In this document: positions 15,605 to 24,525 of the stretch, piece by piece
Layout: the number at the start of each line of letters is the position of its first letter
Position numbering within the stretch: position 1 is the stretch's first letter
From: a virus
Lineage: Duplodnaviria; Caudoviricetes
Length of the DNA: 59,716 bases
Virus record (IMG/VR): IMGVR_UViG_3300022752_000076
Coordinates: 1 to 59,716 of that record
Reading direction: 5' to 3' (one strand)
Notes under the pieces: model-generated
Told to the model about the DNA's origin: nothing
The model's database searches: none
Seen by the model: only the letters and a program-made list of their open reading frames with translations
Made by a program: the position numbers and the translations under genes

Positions 15605-15629
15605 AAACCCAGCTTAAGCTGGGTTTTTT
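15605..15629 (+). terminator. rho-independent terminator
   Basis: AAACCCAGC-TTAA-GCTGGGTTTTTT. Confidence 0.88.
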
Positions 15630-15646
15630 GTTGTAAAAAAATTATA

Positions 15647-15675
15647 TTGACATGTTGTCCACAGTTTGCTATAAT
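15647..15675 (+). promoter_or_regulatory. consensus sigma70 promoter
   Basis: TTGACA-17-TATAAT, TG extension, A-tract upstream. Confidence 0.9.
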
Positions 15676-15702
15676 ATTTATTCGATATTCAAGGAAAGGA
15701 CT

Positions 15703-15912
15703 ATGAAACAAGATAAACAATATGTGGTAGCTTTTCAACATCCTCAAGATATGGGCATTGATCTAGAGATCGTCTTTGGTACAGATCCACTAGATGCAAT
15801 GTTAAACTTCTTAGACTATGATCACGTACCAGAAGGTATTGACAGCGCTATTGACCTACAGGACTGGTTGTGGGACACTGAGGAATCATTAATTAATTGT
15901 ATTGAGGTGTAA
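15703..15912 (+). CDS. hypothetical acidic protein
   Basis: AAGGA SD before MKQDK. Confidence 0.7.
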   Translation: MKQDKQYVVAFQHPQDMGIDLEIVFGTDPLDAMLNFLDYDHVPEGIDSAIDLQDWLWDTEESLINCIEV

Positions 15913-16320
15913 ATGGCCAAGGGTAAAACGAGCAGTAAAAGTGACCAGAACTATTGGTCACGCTATAAAAGTAACAAAGTTTGGGAAACAAATCGCAAAC
16001 GCAAATTAACACGACACATAAAAAAGCATCCAAATGACACAATTGCTGTTAAAGCCACACAAAATATTAAATATAGGCGTGGCACTCCTAAAGATCCGCA
16101 GTGGACTCCTGGAAATATCCGTATTGCTAAACTGTTCAAGGAGTTTGCAGGATTTGTTAATCGTGATATGTTCAACAGCAATCATAAGATTCAGCTAGAT
16201 GCACTAAACACCTATAATAAATCTGCAAAATTTGTCAAGGTCAATCAAACTAGTAGAGTAGACTTCACACTTGGTGCCAGAGCGCACGATAGGTATGGCC
16301 GACAAGCATGGATGCGCTAA
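15913..16320 (+). CDS. hypothetical basic protein
   Basis: GAGG SD; NRKRKL.RH.KKHPND motif. Confidence 0.75.
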   Translation: MAKGKTSSKSDQNYWSRYKSNKVWETNRKRKLTRHIKKHPNDTIAVKATQNIKYRRGTPKDPQWTPGNIRIAKLFKEFAGFVNRDMFNSNHKIQLDALNTYNKSAKFVKVNQTSRVDFTLGARAHDRYGRQAWMR

Positions 16321-16568
16321 CACTATACCTAGTATTTGCAGTAACTACAGGTATATGTTGTTGGTTGTTCTTTTATGTACCCATAGTCGGTGAAGCTAGA
16401 CGTCTAGGTATAGACAATACATTTACTCGCAGCCCGATATTAAGCAGTGCTGTTTATATTTGTGTATCTATACTTGTAGCACCTAGCTTGTTTATACCAA
16501 TCTTTAGTGAGGAAAAAGGTAAACTATTCCGTCAAGCACTAAGAAGCGAGATCTTAAAACAAGAATAA
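16308..16568 (+). CDS. two-TM membrane protein
   Basis: Two hydrophobic segments. Confidence 0.7.
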   Translation: MDALTLYLVFAVTTGICCWLFFYVPIVGEARRLGIDNTFTRSPILSSAVYICVSILVAPSLFIPIFSEEKGKLFRQALRSEILKQE

Positions 16569-16579
16569 AAAATTTTTAT

Positions 16580-16608
16580 TTGATTTTGTCTACTGAACAC
16601 TGTATAAT
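16580..16608 (+). promoter_or_regulatory. sigma70 promoter
   Basis: TTGATT-17-TATAAT. Confidence 0.72.
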
Positions 16609-16638
16609 ATTATTTCTGTTGACGATAAAAGGCTATCA

Positions 16639-16911
16639 ATGAAACTCTTAGAATTTACTTATACTAAACAAGCAGGTGAAGTTAGTAAGCGTGCCGTTAT
16701 CGAGCTAGTAACGCCTACCAAATTTGTAGAAGGTTGGGACGTAACCAGCTTAGATAACAATGAATTTGCCAATTTTGCCCAAGCTATGGGCGAACTACGT
16801 CGTCGTCAACATGACGAAACTATGCAACTGTTACAGGACTTTGATCTCAAGCATAACTACAGGCGTTTCAAGCCTGAAAGTATGAGTGATATTCAAGTAG
16901 AATATGTCTAA
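16639..16911 (+). CDS. hypothetical protein
   Basis: F.YTK..GEVS.R...NYRRFKPE motif (WYL/Sm-like, tentative). Confidence 0.75.
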   Translation: MKLLEFTYTKQAGEVSKRAVIELVTPTKFVEGWDVTSLDNNEFANFAQAMGELRRRQHDETMQLLQDFDLKHNYRRFKPESMSDIQVEYV

Positions 16912-17161
16912 ACCATTTAGAATATGGGATAGTATAACACTTCAACAAAGTGCTGAATTGGCTATACAATTAAAATCTAAAATAGAAGAACTATGTAAGG
17001 CCAATCATTGTTTTCCACACGATCTACCGGACAGTCTAATATCTAGTAATGAGTTATACATACTTGTCACTAGCTATGAGGCAGCATATACCAAGCTATT
17101 AAACCTAGATTTAGTACAAACTGGTAGATTTCCTACAGATTATCCACAGAACTTACATTAA
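16904..17161 (+). CDS. hypothetical protein
   Basis: Overlapping operon ORF. Confidence 0.7.
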   Translation: MSKPFRIWDSITLQQSAELAIQLKSKIEELCKANHCFPHDLPDSLISSNELYILVTSYEAAYTKLLNLDLVQTGRFPTDYPQNLH

Positions 17162-17174
17162 TAAGGAAATAGCT

Positions 17175-17366
17175 ATGGCTATAAACACTAAACTATCAAA
17201 AGTTGTACCAGGATTTAGAGTTCAAGTTTATGATCAAGGTTTTTTATTTGAGTGCGACGGTTTTGCTATTACTGAAGGTAATATGGTTACCTACAGAGCA
17301 GTTGCAAGCAGCTTAACAGAACTACAAGCCAAAATCAACGAATTTTTAGAAATGCCCAAAATCTAA
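17175..17366 (+). CDS. hypothetical protein
   Basis: AAGGA SD. Confidence 0.7.
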   Translation: MAINTKLSKVVPGFRVQVYDQGFLFECDGFAITEGNMVTYRAVASSLTELQAKINEFLEMPKI

Positions 17367-17399
17367 ACTAAATAAACTAATTTATACAAGGACAAATAA

Positions 17400-17774
17400 A
17401 TGGCAACTCAATCACAGTGGACAGATGAACTCAAAGCTAAAGTTATTGAAATGTATGAACAGGCAGGTCCAACTCCTGAAAGTTCAACTGAAATCATCAA
17501 AGACATCGCAGAGGAAATTGAAATGTCACCGAACGGCGTACGCATGGTGCTCGTACAGGCTGGAGTATATGTTAAAAAAGACTCCAGTGCCGGTTCAGCT
17601 AAGACAACTAAAACTGCGTCAAGCGAAGGTAGTAAACGCGTCTCAAAAGAAGATTCAATCGCATCGCTCAGGGCAGCCATTGAAGCTAAGGGAGCTCCTA
17701 TTGACGACGACATCCTTGGTAAACTTACCGGCAAAGCTGCGGTTTATTTCGCTACTGTATTGAAAGCAGCATAA
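17400..17774 (+). CDS. T5 D3/A2-like DNA-binding protein
   Basis: QWTDEL, SPNGVRM.L..AGVY.KK, KLTGKAA match T5 D3 as recalled. Confidence 0.85.
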   Translation: MATQSQWTDELKAKVIEMYEQAGPTPESSTEIIKDIAEEIEMSPNGVRMVLVQAGVYVKKDSSAGSAKTTKTASSEGSKRVSKEDSIASLRAAIEAKGAPIDDDILGKLTGKAAVYFATVLKAA

Positions 17775-17778
17775 CTTT

Positions 17779-17800
17779 AGGCGGCCTTGTGCCGCCTTTT
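17779..17800 (+). terminator. rho-independent terminator
   Basis: AGGCGGC-CTTGT-GCCGCCT-TTT. Confidence 0.75.
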
Positions 17801-17816
17801 ACTTCTGGAGAGATAA

Positions 17817-18443
17817 ATGGCTAGAGTGCGTAAAAAGACTGAGCTTGAAGAAGAAAAAATGACGGACAGTAACCTTAGCCGCGTTATTAGATTGTTAGAG
17901 CCAGAAGAAGGTAAAAAACCTATTACTAAAAAAGATGCTTGCCAAATGCTTGGCATGACGTATAATACTACTAGGCTTGCTGCAATCATTGAGCAGTTTA
18001 AGGAACGTCAGCGTAGAAGCGCTGAACAGCGCGCTAAACTGCGTGGTAAGGCTGTTACCAAAGATGAAAAGATATTTATTATACAAGAATATCTTAGTGG
18101 TGCTACTATTGATAGTATTACTAAAAGTACTTATCGCGGAGTAACTATAGTTAAACAGGTACTAGAAGAATATAACGTGCCGCTTCGCATACCAGGTCAA
18201 ACGTATTTTAATCCACAGCTTGTACCAGATGGAGCTATGCGCGATCGGTTTGAGATTGGCGAAACAGTTTGGAGCACTCGCTACGTTAGTCTAGCTAAAG
18301 TGCATAGTGAAAAGCTTGACCCTAAACATGGGCATATTTATCATCTTTGGCTAATGGATGATAAGCAGCGTCAATACTGTTGGCAACCACACTATGAATT
18401 GGCCAGCCTACAACAAGTTCGTGAACTTGGAGTGCAAGTATAG
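17817..18443 (+). CDS. T5 D2-like protein
   Basis: TKKDACQMLG, EYLSG, PDGAM...FEIGE.VW, YELASL match T5 D2 as recalled. Confidence 0.85.
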   Translation: MARVRKKTELEEEKMTDSNLSRVIRLLEPEEGKKPITKKDACQMLGMTYNTTRLAAIIEQFKERQRRSAEQRAKLRGKAVTKDEKIFIIQEYLSGATIDSITKSTYRGVTIVKQVLEEYNVPLRIPGQTYFNPQLVPDGAMRDRFEIGETVWSTRYVSLAKVHSEKLDPKHGHIYHLWLMDDKQRQYCWQPHYELASLQQVRELGVQV

Positions 18444-18727
18444 TGGACAGTAATATACTCTACGAACGCTTAATCGAAGAAAACTTAGAAAAAGGTTTTC
18501 AGGTTAAGCTAGTAGTAAATGATTTTAGAGAAGTTACCTATATACAACTACGCAAGTATTTTCTTAGTTATAGTGGAGAGTGGCATGCTTCCAGAGAAGG
18601 CGTTAGTATACCAGCTAGTATAGAAAATATATATAATTTATTAGATGGCTTATTAGACATTTGTAGTAAAGCTGAGGGTGAACAAATTATATTGGCATAT
18701 TATAAAAAAATTATTGAGAGGGAATAA
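18443..18727 (+). CDS. PC4-like ssDNA-binding protein
   Basis: QVKLVVNDFRE..YI.LRKY......W....GVS.P; T5 synteny. Confidence 0.8.
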   Translation: MDSNILYERLIEENLEKGFQVKLVVNDFREVTYIQLRKYFLSYSGEWHASREGVSIPASIENIYNLLDGLLDICSKAEGEQIILAYYKKIIERE

Positions 18728-18736
18728 AAATTCCTC

Positions 18737-18782
18737 TTGATAAAGATATGTACCTATGTTAAAATATAAGTAAACATAGGAG
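18737..18782 (+). promoter_or_regulatory. promoter plus SD-sequestering hairpin of the GIY-YIG gene
   Basis: TTGATA-17-TAAAAT; CCTATGTT/AACATAGG hairpin overlaps AGGAG. Confidence 0.65.
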
Positions 18783-18791
18783 AGTATAAAT

Positions 18792-19484
18792 ATGACAATA
18801 GGAATTTACTGTTTATCGTTTAATAATACTGATAAAGTATATATAGGAAAATCAATTACACTAGAAACTAGACTATATGTTCATTTATGGAATATGAGAA
18901 GGAATCAATCAGCAAAGAAACTACAAGAAGCCTATAATACATATGGCGAGCCAACTTTTAATATTCTTGTAGAATGTGCGGAACACGAAATATATAAATT
19001 AGAAAAATTTTATATTCAGGAGTTTGATTCTTATAATAATGGATTTAATACATCCCCAGGAGGAGAAGCAGGAAATATTTCACCTGGAGAATTAAATGCT
19101 AGAGCTACAAGTAGTAATAAGAATTACTTAGAAGCATTAAAATTATTAGTAACAACTAATTTAACTGGCGCGCAAATTGCAGAAATGACTAATTTATCTA
19201 AATCTATTATATCACATATTTCATCTGGCGAAGGACATAAATGGATGAAAGAAGCGGCTCCAGAATTGTATAATAAATTAATAGAAAATAAGAAAAATAG
19301 ACGAATTCGTACAAATAGTACAAAACGACCCTTTAATAAATTAAGAGCACCTGATGGCACAATTTATGATCTTACAGACGTAGGAGTTAATAACTTTTGT
19401 GAAAAGTACAATTTAAGCCCCTCTAAGGTATCATTAGTGCTTAATGGACGGGCTGATTCTACTAAAGGTTGGACACCAGTATAA
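18792..19484 (+). CDS. GIY-YIG homing endonuclease
   Basis: GIY...YIGKS, R...H, E, NGFN; C-terminal HTH and KGW DNA-binding module. Confidence 0.92.
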   Translation: MTIGIYCLSFNNTDKVYIGKSITLETRLYVHLWNMRRNQSAKKLQEAYNTYGEPTFNILVECAEHEIYKLEKFYIQEFDSYNNGFNTSPGGEAGNISPGELNARATSSNKNYLEALKLLVTTNLTGAQIAEMTNLSKSIISHISSGEGHKWMKEAAPELYNKLIENKKNRRIRTNSTKRPFNKLRAPDGTIYDLTDVGVNNFCEKYNLSPSKVSLVLNGRADSTKGWTPV

Positions 19485-19492
19485 AAAGTAAC

Positions 19493-19521
19493 TTGAAACA
19501 CAGACCCTAAACTGCTATAAT
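19493..19521 (+). promoter_or_regulatory. sigma70 promoter, probably giving leaderless ligase mRNA
   Basis: TTGAAA-17-TATAAT with TG extension; ATG 7 nt downstream, no SD. Confidence 0.75.
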
Positions 19522-19528
19522 ATTATTT

Positions 19529-20485
19529 ATGAATAAATTACATAAACTATTAGACAAAGCAAGTGAGGCCTACTATGCCGGTACGCCCACTATTCCAGAT
19601 TACATGTTTGATATGCTAGCAGAGGGTTGCGGCTATAACAAGGTTGGTGCAGCAGTACACGGCAACAAAGCCAAGCATACGCATCGCATGTATAGTCTGC
19701 AAAAGTTTTATGAAGATGAAGGTAAGGCCGACCCACTAGCAGGCCTAGACGTTACTACCAGCATTAAACTAGACGGTGCAGCTATTAGCCTATTATACGT
19801 AGACGGCGTACTAGTACAAGCGCTTACTCGTGGTGACGGCATTGAAGGTCAAGTTATCACAGATAAAATGTATGAGCACGGTAGCCTAGTACCACTAAGA
19901 ATTAATCTTGGTAATGTAACGGTGCAAATCACTGGCGAGATTGTAGCCCCACTGCACGTAGAAAATAGTCGTAACTATGCAGCAGGCAGCTTAAATCTCA
20001 AAGACTTGCAGGAGTTCAAAACCAGAGCAATTGAGTTCTTTGCCTATCAAATAACACCAAACCTAGACCCAACCTGGTCTGGTGATATGCGTGTGCTTAA
20101 ACAACTAGGATTTAACACTGTACTAGAACCTGAACTTGCCAAGATTTATCCTAGTGATGGCATTGTTGTTAGACTAAATAATAATCATCAGTTTGAACAA
20201 TTAGGCTATACTAGCAAGCATCCCCGTGGTGCATATGCACGCAAAGAACGTGCCGCCCATGTAGAAACTAAATTACTTGGCGTAGAATGGAATGTAGGCA
20301 AAACCGGCAAAGTAACACCAACAGCTATTCTAGAGCCAGTTAAAATTGGCGATGCTCTAGTAAGCCGAGCCACACTCAACAATCCTGGGTTTATCGAAGC
20401 ACTAGACCTACAGATTGGCGATACAGTGGCAGTTGTAAGAAGCGGAGAAATAATACCTTGCATACTACACAAGGTTGATGCCTAA
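19529..20485 (+). CDS. ligA: NAD-dependent DNA ligase subunit A (adenylation plus OB domain)
   Basis: KLDG, ALTRGDG, GEIV, SRNYAAG, DGIV, GKTGKVTP, RSGEIIP. Confidence 0.95.
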   Translation: MNKLHKLLDKASEAYYAGTPTIPDYMFDMLAEGCGYNKVGAAVHGNKAKHTHRMYSLQKFYEDEGKADPLAGLDVTTSIKLDGAAISLLYVDGVLVQALTRGDGIEGQVITDKMYEHGSLVPLRINLGNVTVQITGEIVAPLHVENSRNYAAGSLNLKDLQEFKTRAIEFFAYQITPNLDPTWSGDMRVLKQLGFNTVLEPELAKIYPSDGIVVRLNNNHQFEQLGYTSKHPRGAYARKERAAHVETKLLGVEWNVGKTGKVTPTAILEPVKIGDALVSRATLNNPGFIEALDLQIGDTVAVVRSGEIIPCILHKVDA

Positions 20486-20517
20486 ATTTCTGCTGCCAAG
20501 GCAACAAAAATTTTAGC

Positions 20518-20546
20518 TTGTAACGCACTACTCAATACTGTATAAT
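20518..20546 (+). promoter_or_regulatory. sigma70 promoter
   Basis: TTGTAA-17-TATAAT. Confidence 0.6.
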
Positions 20547-20570
20547 AATATCTTAGGTTAATTAATACAC

Positions 20571-21329
20571 ATGAAGATTGAAATACCCACACATTGTCCC
20601 TGTTGCAACTACAAACTAGAACTGGTTAACGATCAGTTGTTTTGTCGCAACCAGGCTTGTGATGCTCAACTTAGTAAGCGTGTAGAACACTTTTGCAAAA
20701 CTATGAACATCAAGGGTATGGGCGCAAAAACTATTGAAAAACTAGGATTAGCAGATATTACAGAGTTATACTACTTAGAATTAGATGAAGTCAGTGACTT
20801 ACTAGGTAGTATAAAAGTAGCAGAAAAACTCTTAGCAGAAATAGATAAAAGTCGCAGCGCTCCACTCAATCAAGTACTAGCAAGTTTTAGTATTCCACTA
20901 GTAGGTAATACGGCTAGCGCTAAGATTAGCGGTGTAGTTAGTCATATAGACGAAATTAACTTAGAAACTTGCAAACAAGCCGGACTAGGTGATAAAGTAA
21001 CACAAAATCTCCTAGGCTGGTTAGAACTGGATTTCAAAGAAATTAGAGAGTTTTTACCCTTTACATTTCGCAGTGAAACACCTGTGGCAAATACCACTGG
21101 ACCGGTGGTGTGTGTTACAGGTAAATTATCTTCTTATAAAACCAAAGCCGAAGCCTACAAGCAATTAACAGAACACGGATTTCGTATAAGCGAATCAGTA
21201 ACAAAAACTACGGATTATTTAGTTGACGAAGAAGATAAAAGTAGTACAAAACGTAAAAAAGCCGACACTCTCGGCATTAAAATTATCACAAACTTAAATA
21301 CTTTTTTAAGAGAACAAATCAATGACTGA
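20571..21329 (+). CDS. ligB: NAD-dependent DNA ligase subunit B (Zn finger, HhH, BRCT)
   Basis: PTHCPCC...FC.N..C, IKGMG, VCVTGKL, SVTKTTDYLV; split ligase as in T5. Confidence 0.93.
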   Translation: MKIEIPTHCPCCNYKLELVNDQLFCRNQACDAQLSKRVEHFCKTMNIKGMGAKTIEKLGLADITELYYLELDEVSDLLGSIKVAEKLLAEIDKSRSAPLNQVLASFSIPLVGNTASAKISGVVSHIDEINLETCKQAGLGDKVTQNLLGWLELDFKEIREFLPFTFRSETPVANTTGPVVCVTGKLSSYKTKAEAYKQLTEHGFRISESVTKTTDYLVDEEDKSSTKRKKADTLGIKIITNLNTFLREQIND

Positions 21330-22074
21330 AAAAGCCAAAAAATGGTCTGACGCTACTGTTGACCAACTTATGAAACTTGTTGGTAGCCAGCGTCCTGTTA
21401 GTGCTGCTACTGTTGAAAGTGCTGCTAATGCTCTTGGCGGGGACTTTACAGCACGTAGTGTTGCTAGCAAATTGCGTCAACTTGAAGTAGAAGTTGCTAG
21501 CATGGCCAAAGAAAAGACTAGTGCATTTACTGAAGATGAAGGTGCTGAGCTTGCAGAGTTTGTAGTTAGCAATACAGGCGAGCTTACCTACAAGCAAATT
21601 GCCGAACAATTTATGGACGGCAAGTTTACCGCAAAACAAATTCAAGGCAAATTACTAGCACTTGAGCTTACAGGCAGTGTTAAACCTGCTGAAAAAGTTG
21701 AAGTAGCTCGTAGCTATACCGACGCCGAAGAAGCAAAATTTATTGCTATGGCTGAAAAAGGTGCATTTATCGAGGACATTGCCGCAGCCCTTAACAAAAC
21801 TGTAGCAAGTGTTCGCGGCAAAGCTCTTAGCCTTACTCGCAAGGGTCAAATTGCTAAGATTCCTGCTCAAAAGAACAGCTATGCCAAAGAGAATTTAGAC
21901 CCAGTTAATCAGCTTGGGGCAAAAATTCATAGTATGACTGTTGCAGAAATTGCTGCCGCTATTGATAAAACAGAGCGCGGTCTTAAAACTCTACTTACAC
22001 GTCGTGGAATCAAAGTTGCTGACTATGACGGGGCTAGTAAAAAGGATAAAGCAGAAGCAAAACGCGCTGCCTAA
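21322..22074 (+). CDS. T5 D5-like DNA-binding transcription regulator
   Basis: TARSVASKLR, KQIQGKLLALELT.SVKP, RGKALSL, MTVAEIA, RRG....DYDGA. Confidence 0.92.
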   Translation: MTEKAKKWSDATVDQLMKLVGSQRPVSAATVESAANALGGDFTARSVASKLRQLEVEVASMAKEKTSAFTEDEGAELAEFVVSNTGELTYKQIAEQFMDGKFTAKQIQGKLLALELTGSVKPAEKVEVARSYTDAEEAKFIAMAEKGAFIEDIAAALNKTVASVRGKALSLTRKGQIAKIPAQKNSYAKENLDPVNQLGAKIHSMTVAEIAAAIDKTERGLKTLLTRRGIKVADYDGASKKDKAEAKRAA

Positions 22075-22090
22075 TTAAGCAATAAAACCC

Positions 22091-22123
22091 AGGCCGGGAG
22101 AGGTAAAATGCTCCCGGCCTTTT
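22091..22123 (+). terminator. rho-independent terminator
   Basis: AGGCCGGGAG/CTCCCGGCCT-TTT. Confidence 0.75.
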
Positions 22124-22140
22124 CTACTTTTAGGTCAAGT

Positions 22141-22440
22141 ATGAAAGTTACAATTACCTATCACGATAATCAAAGTTTTACTGTAGAAGAAGTAGTAAAG
22201 TTGGCTACAGATAATTATGGAAAAACTGCTCAAGTTGAGGTAATGCCTGAGTCAACAATGGCCTATGACCATATTTACTTTGGCCTACAGCAACTAATAA
22301 CACATGAACAACTTAGTCTCCTATTTGAACGAGACGCAAGCTATCAGCAAGATATTAAAAAATTACGACAAGAAGTACTTTATAAAGTAACGGAAATTAT
22401 AGATCAAGTAATTATAGACAATGAATCGAAAGTAGGTTAA
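22141..22440 (+). CDS. hypothetical protein
   Basis: ORF from MKVTITY. Confidence 0.7.
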   Translation: MKVTITYHDNQSFTVEEVVKLATDNYGKTAQVEVMPESTMAYDHIYFGLQQLITHEQLSLLFERDASYQQDIKKLRQEVLYKVTEIIDQVIIDNESKVG

Positions 22441-22441
22441 T

Positions 22442-23131
22442 ATGACTTCTGGTATATATGCGTTAGTATTTACTAATTGTGACCTAATATATATAGGCCA
22501 ATCTATTAATATTGAAAAAAGATTCAAAGAACATATATATTCGTTTAATAGAGGCGACGCTAATAAAAAATTATTAGAAGCATATAAAACATACAATACG
22601 CCAGAATTATTTATTTTGGAAGAAACCTGCCAAGATTTAGATTCTTTAGAGCTGCATTATATATCAAAATTTGATACTGTAAAAAATGGCTTAAATGAAT
22701 GGGCCGGGCCAATAAAAGTATTACGTGGGCAGGCACATCCAAATAGTAAATATACGAACAAACAAATAGAAGATATAATTATACTACTTTCGTCAGATGA
22801 AATATTGTCTTTCAAAGAAATAGCTAAGATAGTAAATGTGCCTATTTCTACAGTACAAAATGTATCCTCGGGAAAAGTTGGCTCACATTTAAAAAATTCT
22901 TTTCCTAAAGAATATACTATTTTAGAAAATAGACGGAATAATAGAATTTCGGAGGCTAGTTCCGCTAGAGGACGAGGTATATCTTACCCTATAATATTAT
23001 CACCTAATGGCGAAGAATATAACATAGAAAATATCACTAAATTTGCAGAAAAATGGGGACTAAATAGGAGTCACCTATGCGGAGTATTAAATGGTGTTAG
23101 AAAATCGCACAAAGGGTGGAGGCTTAAATAA
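22442..23131 (+). CDS. GIY-YIG homing endonuclease (paralogue of 18792-19484)
   Basis: SGIY...YIGQS, R...H, NGLN; SPNGEEY...KSHKGW C-terminus. Confidence 0.92.
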   Translation: MTSGIYALVFTNCDLIYIGQSINIEKRFKEHIYSFNRGDANKKLLEAYKTYNTPELFILEETCQDLDSLELHYISKFDTVKNGLNEWAGPIKVLRGQAHPNSKYTNKQIEDIIILLSSDEILSFKEIAKIVNVPISTVQNVSSGKVGSHLKNSFPKEYTILENRRNNRISEASSARGRGISYPIILSPNGEEYNIENITKFAEKWGLNRSHLCGVLNGVRKSHKGWRLK

Positions 23132-23143
23132 GGGAGATATACT

Positions 23144-24523
23144 ATAGACACCTCTGCCGTCGTACTAAATAAACTACTAGCAGAGCAAAACCTAGAATTA
23201 TGGGCACGGCTCAAACTAGTATTTTTAGACCCTGCGTATAGCTCTCTTTACAGTGCAATCAATAAGCATTACGAAAAGTACCATCAAGTACCAAGTTTTG
23301 ATGATCTAGCATTAACTATAAGGGAGGGTCCAGCGTCTAAAACGTTAGCAACTCTCCGCTTAACTGAGGTTCCTGACGTTAGTGCAGAAATAGCATTAGA
23401 TGCATTAATAGATCAATATACACAAAACGAAACAGTAAAATTACTAGATAAATTTGTAGATAAATTACCATTATACGACACAAATGAAATAAAAGAGAAC
23501 TTGTCTACTATAGCAATGACTATAGAAGAAAAGACACATACCAGTGAAAAAGTGTTTACTATGGCTGATATGATGTTATTTAGGCATCCCGATGATTTGG
23601 AGAAAGAACGTGTTTATTTGGGACTTAATAATACTTTTGATGCTGTACTTGGCGGTGTGGCTAGACAAGAACTCATACTCATCGGCGGTAAACGAGGCAG
23701 CGGCAAAAGTATTACTAGTAGTAATATTTTTATTAATCAGTATGAGAATGGGAATAGTTCTATATATTTCTCAATTGAGATGACCGCTTACGAGGTTATG
23801 GAACGAAATCTTAGTATACTAGCAAATGTAGATTTACAGCGATTAAAGCAAAATAAACTAACTGATGATGAAGTATTAAAAGTAGTAAAAGCTAGAGCAG
23901 GCATGTTTCAAGAAGCAGATCAAACTGTGTTAGACTTTTTACGTCATCGCGACAGATTCAAGTTTGAGGAACAACTAGTACGTAATCACCAATTAAAATC
24001 AGATAATCAAATGATTATTGTTGATGACCGAGATTTAACTATTAGTAGCATAGATTTACATATTGGCAAGGCTAAAGCTAAATTTGGTGATAAATTGCAA
24101 GTTGTAGTAGTAGACTACTTAAATCAAATTGTAATTGAAGGCGCTGATATGTACGACTGGAAGCCTCAGATTGAAGTATCGAAAAAACTAAAAAATCTAG
24201 CTAGAAAGTATGAAATTGTGCTAGTAAGTCCATATCAAATTGATGCAACTGGCGAAGCAAGATTTGCCAAAGGCATCTTAGATGCCGCAGATATTGCACT
24301 AGTAATGGAGGCACATGATAAAAGTAGTAATGCAATTAGTTTTGAAACTACTAAAATTCGTGGCGGAAAAGAGATGAAGTTTACCAGCCCAATAGATTGG
24401 GAAACTCTTAGAATTAGTCCGCAAAGTATAGATAAACCACAAGAAAAAGAAACTATTAAAAAAGCCGGAAAGAAAAATCTTAAACAAGACGACACAGCAG
24501 CAGACTTACCCTGGGACACCTAA
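23144..24523 (+). CDS. DnaB-like replicative helicase (T5 D6-like), probable ATA start
   Basis: GKRGSGKS Walker A, FSIEM, VVVDY, SPYQ, RFAKGILDAAD; frame open 119 codons upstream of the track start, back to ATA-GAC-ACC after SD GGGAG. Confidence 0.88.
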   Translation: MDTSAVVLNKLLAEQNLELWARLKLVFLDPAYSSLYSAINKHYEKYHQVPSFDDLALTIREGPASKTLATLRLTEVPDVSAEIALDALIDQYTQNETVKLLDKFVDKLPLYDTNEIKENLSTIAMTIEEKTHTSEKVFTMADMMLFRHPDDLEKERVYLGLNNTFDAVLGGVARQELILIGGKRGSGKSITSSNIFINQYENGNSSIYFSIEMTAYEVMERNLSILANVDLQRLKQNKLTDDEVLKVVKARAGMFQEADQTVLDFLRHRDRFKFEEQLVRNHQLKSDNQMIIVDDRDLTISSIDLHIGKAKAKFGDKLQVVVVDYLNQIVIEGADMYDWKPQIEVSKKLKNLARKYEIVLVSPYQIDATGEARFAKGILDAADIALVMEAHDKSSNAISFETTKIRGGKEMKFTSPIDWETLRISPQSIDKPQEKETIKKAGKKNLKQDDTAADLPWDT

Positions 24524-24525
24524 AT

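Noticed and set aside
19529-21329. Ligase broken by a mutation (pseudogene)
   Set aside because: A two-subunit NAD ligase is normal in T5-like phages; both halves are intact and each has a promoter
18728-23143. Group I introns around the GIY-YIG genes
   Set aside because: Flanks are only 1-65 nt, leaving no room for a ribozyme core, and neighbouring genes are intact; the endonucleases are free-standing
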